From: Octopus vulgaris
Taxonomy: Eukaryota
Assembly: GCA_951406725.2 (NCBI GenBank)
Contig: CATOCA020000001.1
Location: 6,262,001-6,326,000 of the forward strand
Reading direction: 5' to 3'
DNA: 64,000 bases
Each line of letters starts with the position of its first letter. The first letter of the stretch is position 1. Of the stretch, positions 62,701-64,000 are shown in pieces. The position numbers and the translations under genes are program-made. The notes under the pieces were generated by a model. That model was not told the DNA's origin, made no database searches, and saw only the letters and a list, made by a program, of their open reading frames with translations.

Positions 62701-63071
62701 TGACATTAGTTTTGAGGATAGGGATCAGGAGTAAATAATAGATTTCTCCCCCAAATGCAAGACACCATTTATCCTTCTTTCACTAAATTATGAGTTCAAA
62801 TCACGACCAGTTCGAAGGTTTCTTATATTCCTCTGAGACTGATGAAATTCTCCTCAGAATAAATAAACTCGACTGACAATATTTAACATTTATTTTTTCA
62901 GTTCTTCCAGAACGATGGGGCATCCAAAAATGGCATCAAGTCAAAACTTGTCATCACAAAAGTGTTCACCGTTTACTGGTATCTGGCAAGAACCAGACAT
63001 GTCTCAATGTTGCAATGCAGAACAGACCACTCAAGGACTAAAGGATATCGAAAGCAAATGCATTGATGTTG
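21730..63071 (+). CDS. LRR- and Ly6-domain adhesion-GPCR-like receptor, N-terminal 15 coding exons (GAIN/7TM expected beyond window); 3 exons frameshifted as sequenced
   Basis: Exons joined by AG/GT sites with matching phases give SP-LRRNT-LRRx6-LRRCT-Ly6-like-unassigned segment-HRM. GPCR identity is inferred from the HRM; no 7TM is visible here. Confidence 0.75.
24330..25020 (+). mobile_element. Decayed Penelope-like reverse transcriptase fragment
   Basis: [56 protein letters not shown] motifs with stops and frameshifts. Confidence 0.7.
25431..25502 (+). CDS. LRR exon 1 (72 nt, phase 2-2)
   Basis: ctatag|...|gtaagt; [24 protein letters not shown]. Confidence 0.92.
27567..27638 (+). CDS. 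LRR exon 2 (72 nt, phase 2-2)
   Basis: ctatag|...|gtaagt; [24 protein letters not shown]. Confidence 0.92.
30287..30358 (+). CDS. LRR exon 3 (72 nt; +1 and -1 indels, in-frame TAA as sequenced)
   Basis: Same splice context as exons 1, 2 and 5; shifted frame reads [19 protein letters not shown]. Confidence 0.7.
32659..32731 (+). CDS. LRR exon 4 (73 nt as sequenced; one extra base)
   Basis: cttcag|...|gtaagt; removing one T from atgtttc gives [24 protein letters not shown]. Confidence 0.75.
33183..33756 (-). mobile_element. Mariner-like transposon 5' fragment
   Basis: Terminus ta-cgaggggcgttcaataagtaatgcc; [11 protein letters not shown]...[22 protein letters not shown]...KVSARW. Confidence 0.85.
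34201..34600 (-). mobile_element. CR1/L2-like LINE 3' end with (TAAC)n tail
   Basis: Minus strand reads [25 protein letters not shown]; related copy at 40921-41330. Confidence 0.75.
37206..37277 (+). CDS. LRR exon 5 (72 nt, phase 2-2)
   Basis: ccacag|...|gtaagt; [24 protein letters not shown]. Confidence 0.92.
40921..41330 (-). mobile_element. CR1/L2-like LINE 3' end with (TAAAC)n tail
   Basis: Clear homolog of 34201-34600. Confidence 0.75.
41430..41720 (+). mobile_element. Penelope-like RT C-terminal fragment
   Basis: [10 protein letters not shown]...[11 protein letters not shown] resembles the RYIDD...NSIHPxIKFT motifs. Confidence 0.5.
42745..42786 (-). ncRNA. Minimal type I hammerhead ribozyme (U3-A8 core variant), copy 1
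   Basis: GCUGCA UUGAAAA GGGG caaua CCCC GAAA CGCG UC UGUAGC: 6-bp stem I, 4-bp stem II, palindromic ACGCGU stem III, GUC cleavage triplet. Confidence 0.8.
43108..43149 (-). ncRNA. Minimal type I hammerhead ribozyme (U3-A8 core variant), copy 2
   Basis: Identical to 42745-42786, 363 bp away. Confidence 0.8.
44238..44309 (+). CDS. LRR exon 6 (72 nt, phase 2-2)
   Basis: ttttcag|...|gtaagc; [24 protein letters not shown]. Confidence 0.9.
46515..46830. repeat. (CAT)n-type microsatellite
   Basis: Imperfect CAT/CAC/AAT triplet array; source of the spurious poly-His, poly-Met and poly-Asp ORFs. Confidence 0.95.
46835..47095 (-). mobile_element. R4/Dong-like LINE 3' fragment
   Basis: Minus strand [18 protein letters not shown]...SVLLGT; lies between (ATT)n and (CAT)n arrays. 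Confidence 0.65.
47266..47587. repeat. ~320-bp element with ~73-bp inverted arms and an internal 58-bp palindrome
   Basis: 47266-47338 is the inverse of 47515-47587; palindrome 47458-47515 centred on cgatcg. Confidence 0.9.
47424..47468 (-). ncRNA. Minimal type I hammerhead ribozyme (U3-A8 core variant), second family
   Basis: CGUGCG UUGACAA GAGG caaaua CCUC GAAA CUGCG GUC CGUGCG: stem I with two G-U wobbles, 4-bp stem II, short stem III, GUC site. Confidence 0.7.
48194..48344 (+). CDS. Exon: last LRR strand + LRRCT cap
   Basis: ttacag|; [50 protein letters not shown]; donor gtaagt at 48345 (alternative gtaaaa at 48349). Confidence 0.85.
48990..49490 (+). mobile_element. RTE-clade LINE 3' fragment
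   Basis: [35 protein letters not shown]-like motifs with frameshifts. Confidence 0.6.
51245..52450 (+). mobile_element. Decayed R4/Dong-like reverse transcriptase fragment in (TACA)n
   Basis: [31 protein letters not shown] motifs; (TACA)n at 51010-51244, 52453-52477 and 52612-52740. Confidence 0.8.
53237..53328 (+). CDS. Exon: first part of Ly6/uPAR-like domain
   Basis: [30 protein letters not shown]|gtaaac; acceptor either ctgtag (start 53237, phase 1) or ttacag (start 53266, phase 0). Confidence 0.8.
55304..55487 (+). CDS. Exon: remainder of Ly6/uPAR (three-finger)-like domain
   Basis: ttacag|[61 protein letters not shown]|gtaagt; CCxxxxCN signature. Confidence 0.9.
55690..55980 (+). mobile_element. 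R4/Dong-like LINE fragment
   Basis: [20 protein letters not shown]...[22 protein letters not shown]; near copy at 63545-64000. Confidence 0.7.
56491..56574 (+). CDS. Exon (84 nt as sequenced; frameshift near aaaatcccc)
   Basis: ccatag|[27 protein letters not shown]|gtgagt; flanking phases (1 in, 0 out) require 83 or 86 nt. Confidence 0.65.
57168..57466. mobile_element. MITE-like element with ~85-bp imperfect inverted ends
   Basis: aaacgcaggataatgctaat... at left is the inverse of ...attagcattatcctgcgttt at right. Confidence 0.55.
57599..57651 (+). CDS. Exon (53 nt, phase 0-2)
   Basis: tttttcag|[18 protein letters not shown]|gtaagc. Confidence 0.75.
58800..59185 (-). mobile_element. Near full-length tRNA-derived SINE (family 2)
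   Basis: Head caggagtggctgtgtggtaagtagcttgc...ccgggttcagtccc on minus strand, internal (TG/TA)n, 3' body ending gtaaaagaga. Confidence 0.8.
59832..59986 (+). CDS. Exon (phase 2-1), unassigned or SEA-like extracellular segment
   Basis: tttcag|[51 protein letters not shown]|gtaagt. Confidence 0.8.
61382..61496 (+). CDS. Exon: hormone-receptor motif (HRM), first half
   Basis: ttttcag|[39 protein letters not shown]|gttcgt; C...WPxTxxGxxAxxPC...ATRxC pattern. Confidence 0.88.
62902..63071 (+). CDS. Exon: HRM second half and probable first GAIN helix
   Basis: ttttcag|[56 protein letters not shown]|gtgagt; GxWxxPDxSxC motif. Confidence 0.88.
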
Positions 63072-63492
63072 GTGAGTGAGCAAATGTTTTTGAATGACTT
63101 TTACAGTAGTAGAAGTAGCAGGATGAGAAGTAATTTTTGTGAGTGATTTTCTGTCTGTTTAACAATATTAATCCTTAAATTAGGCGGTAAGCTGGCAGAA
63201 TCGTTAGTAGTCGGGAGAAATGCTTTGCATTATTTCGTCCGTCTTTACGTTCTGAGTTCAAATTCCGCCGAGATTGACTTTGCTTTTCATAATTTCTGTG
63301 TCGATAAAATAAGCGCAAGTTGAGCTCTGGGTCAATGTAATCAACTTCACCCCTACACCGAATCTGCTGGTCACGTACCACTATTTGAAACCTGTATTGT
63401 TCCTTTGATTATGCCCTTTTATTTACACGATTTAGTTATTTCATGTTCATTTTATTCATCGTTTACAATGTTCTTTCTCCCACACTTTCTCG

Positions 63493-63533
<41 letters not shown>

Positions 63534-63544
63534 ACATACACACG

Positions 63545-64000
63545 GAATCAAACACCACGACACGAAGGAAAAGAGTAAAAGAGAGCACATTTGGCGAGTG
63601 AGCAAAATATGGGTTTGAAAGCTGAACGTCAGAAACATAATTTCGGCGATAAACTTGCACGCAGTCGCAATAGTTCGGTATGAAGCTGCAAAACTAAAGT
63701 GGACTGAGGAGAAGCTAAAGGAGATGGACAGGAAGTCAAGAAAGGTCCTAACGATGTATGGAGCCCATCATCCACGTGCAGACATTGATCGCCGATACAC
63801 GAAGAGAACGAATGGAGAAAGAAGACTGACAGTTGTGCGTATCGAACTCGAGGGCTTAATGTGATACCGAGCCCAAAGTAAGGAAACCTTGCTAGTGACA
63901 GTTAGGAATGAGGGAGTATTGAAAGCAGGAAAAACGAAGGAAGAAATTCAAAAAGAAATGAAAAGGAATGACGCAAGAAGGGAGTACATAATCAATTTCC
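63545..64000 (+). mobile_element. R4/Dong-like LINE fragment
   Basis: [47 protein letters not shown]. Confidence 0.75.

Overview
AT-rich, microsatellite- and transposon-laden animal DNA. It is probably from an octopus or other cephalopod, which I infer from recalled SINE families and have not verified. The main gene is a + strand, multi-exon adhesion-GPCR-like receptor (ATG 21730, last visible exon ends 63071, continues past the window). Its splice-phase-consistent architecture is signal peptide - LRRNT - 6 single-LRR 72-nt exons - LRRCT - 12-Cys Ly6/uPAR three-finger-like domain - unassigned (SEA-like?) segment - HRM - probable start of GAIN. Four LRR exons sit in recently duplicated cassettes (CT-rich tract + exon + intron). 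The cassette introns are nearly identical, while the exons differ mainly at the ligand-facing LRR positions. Three exons carry 1-nt frameshifts at homopolymers, so this is either assembly error or a young pseudogene. Its introns hold three minimal hammerhead ribozymes from two unrelated repeat families, all with the non-canonical U3-A8 core and next to inverted duplications (Penelope/retrozyme-like). The upstream 21 kb contains a duplicated small hydrophobic ORF with a conserved kB-site block, nested segmental duplications, a decayed hAT transposon with a solo LTR inside it, mariner relics, and R4/Dong-like LINE fragments sitting in microsatellites. Almost all long ORFs on the supplied track are microsatellite artefacts.
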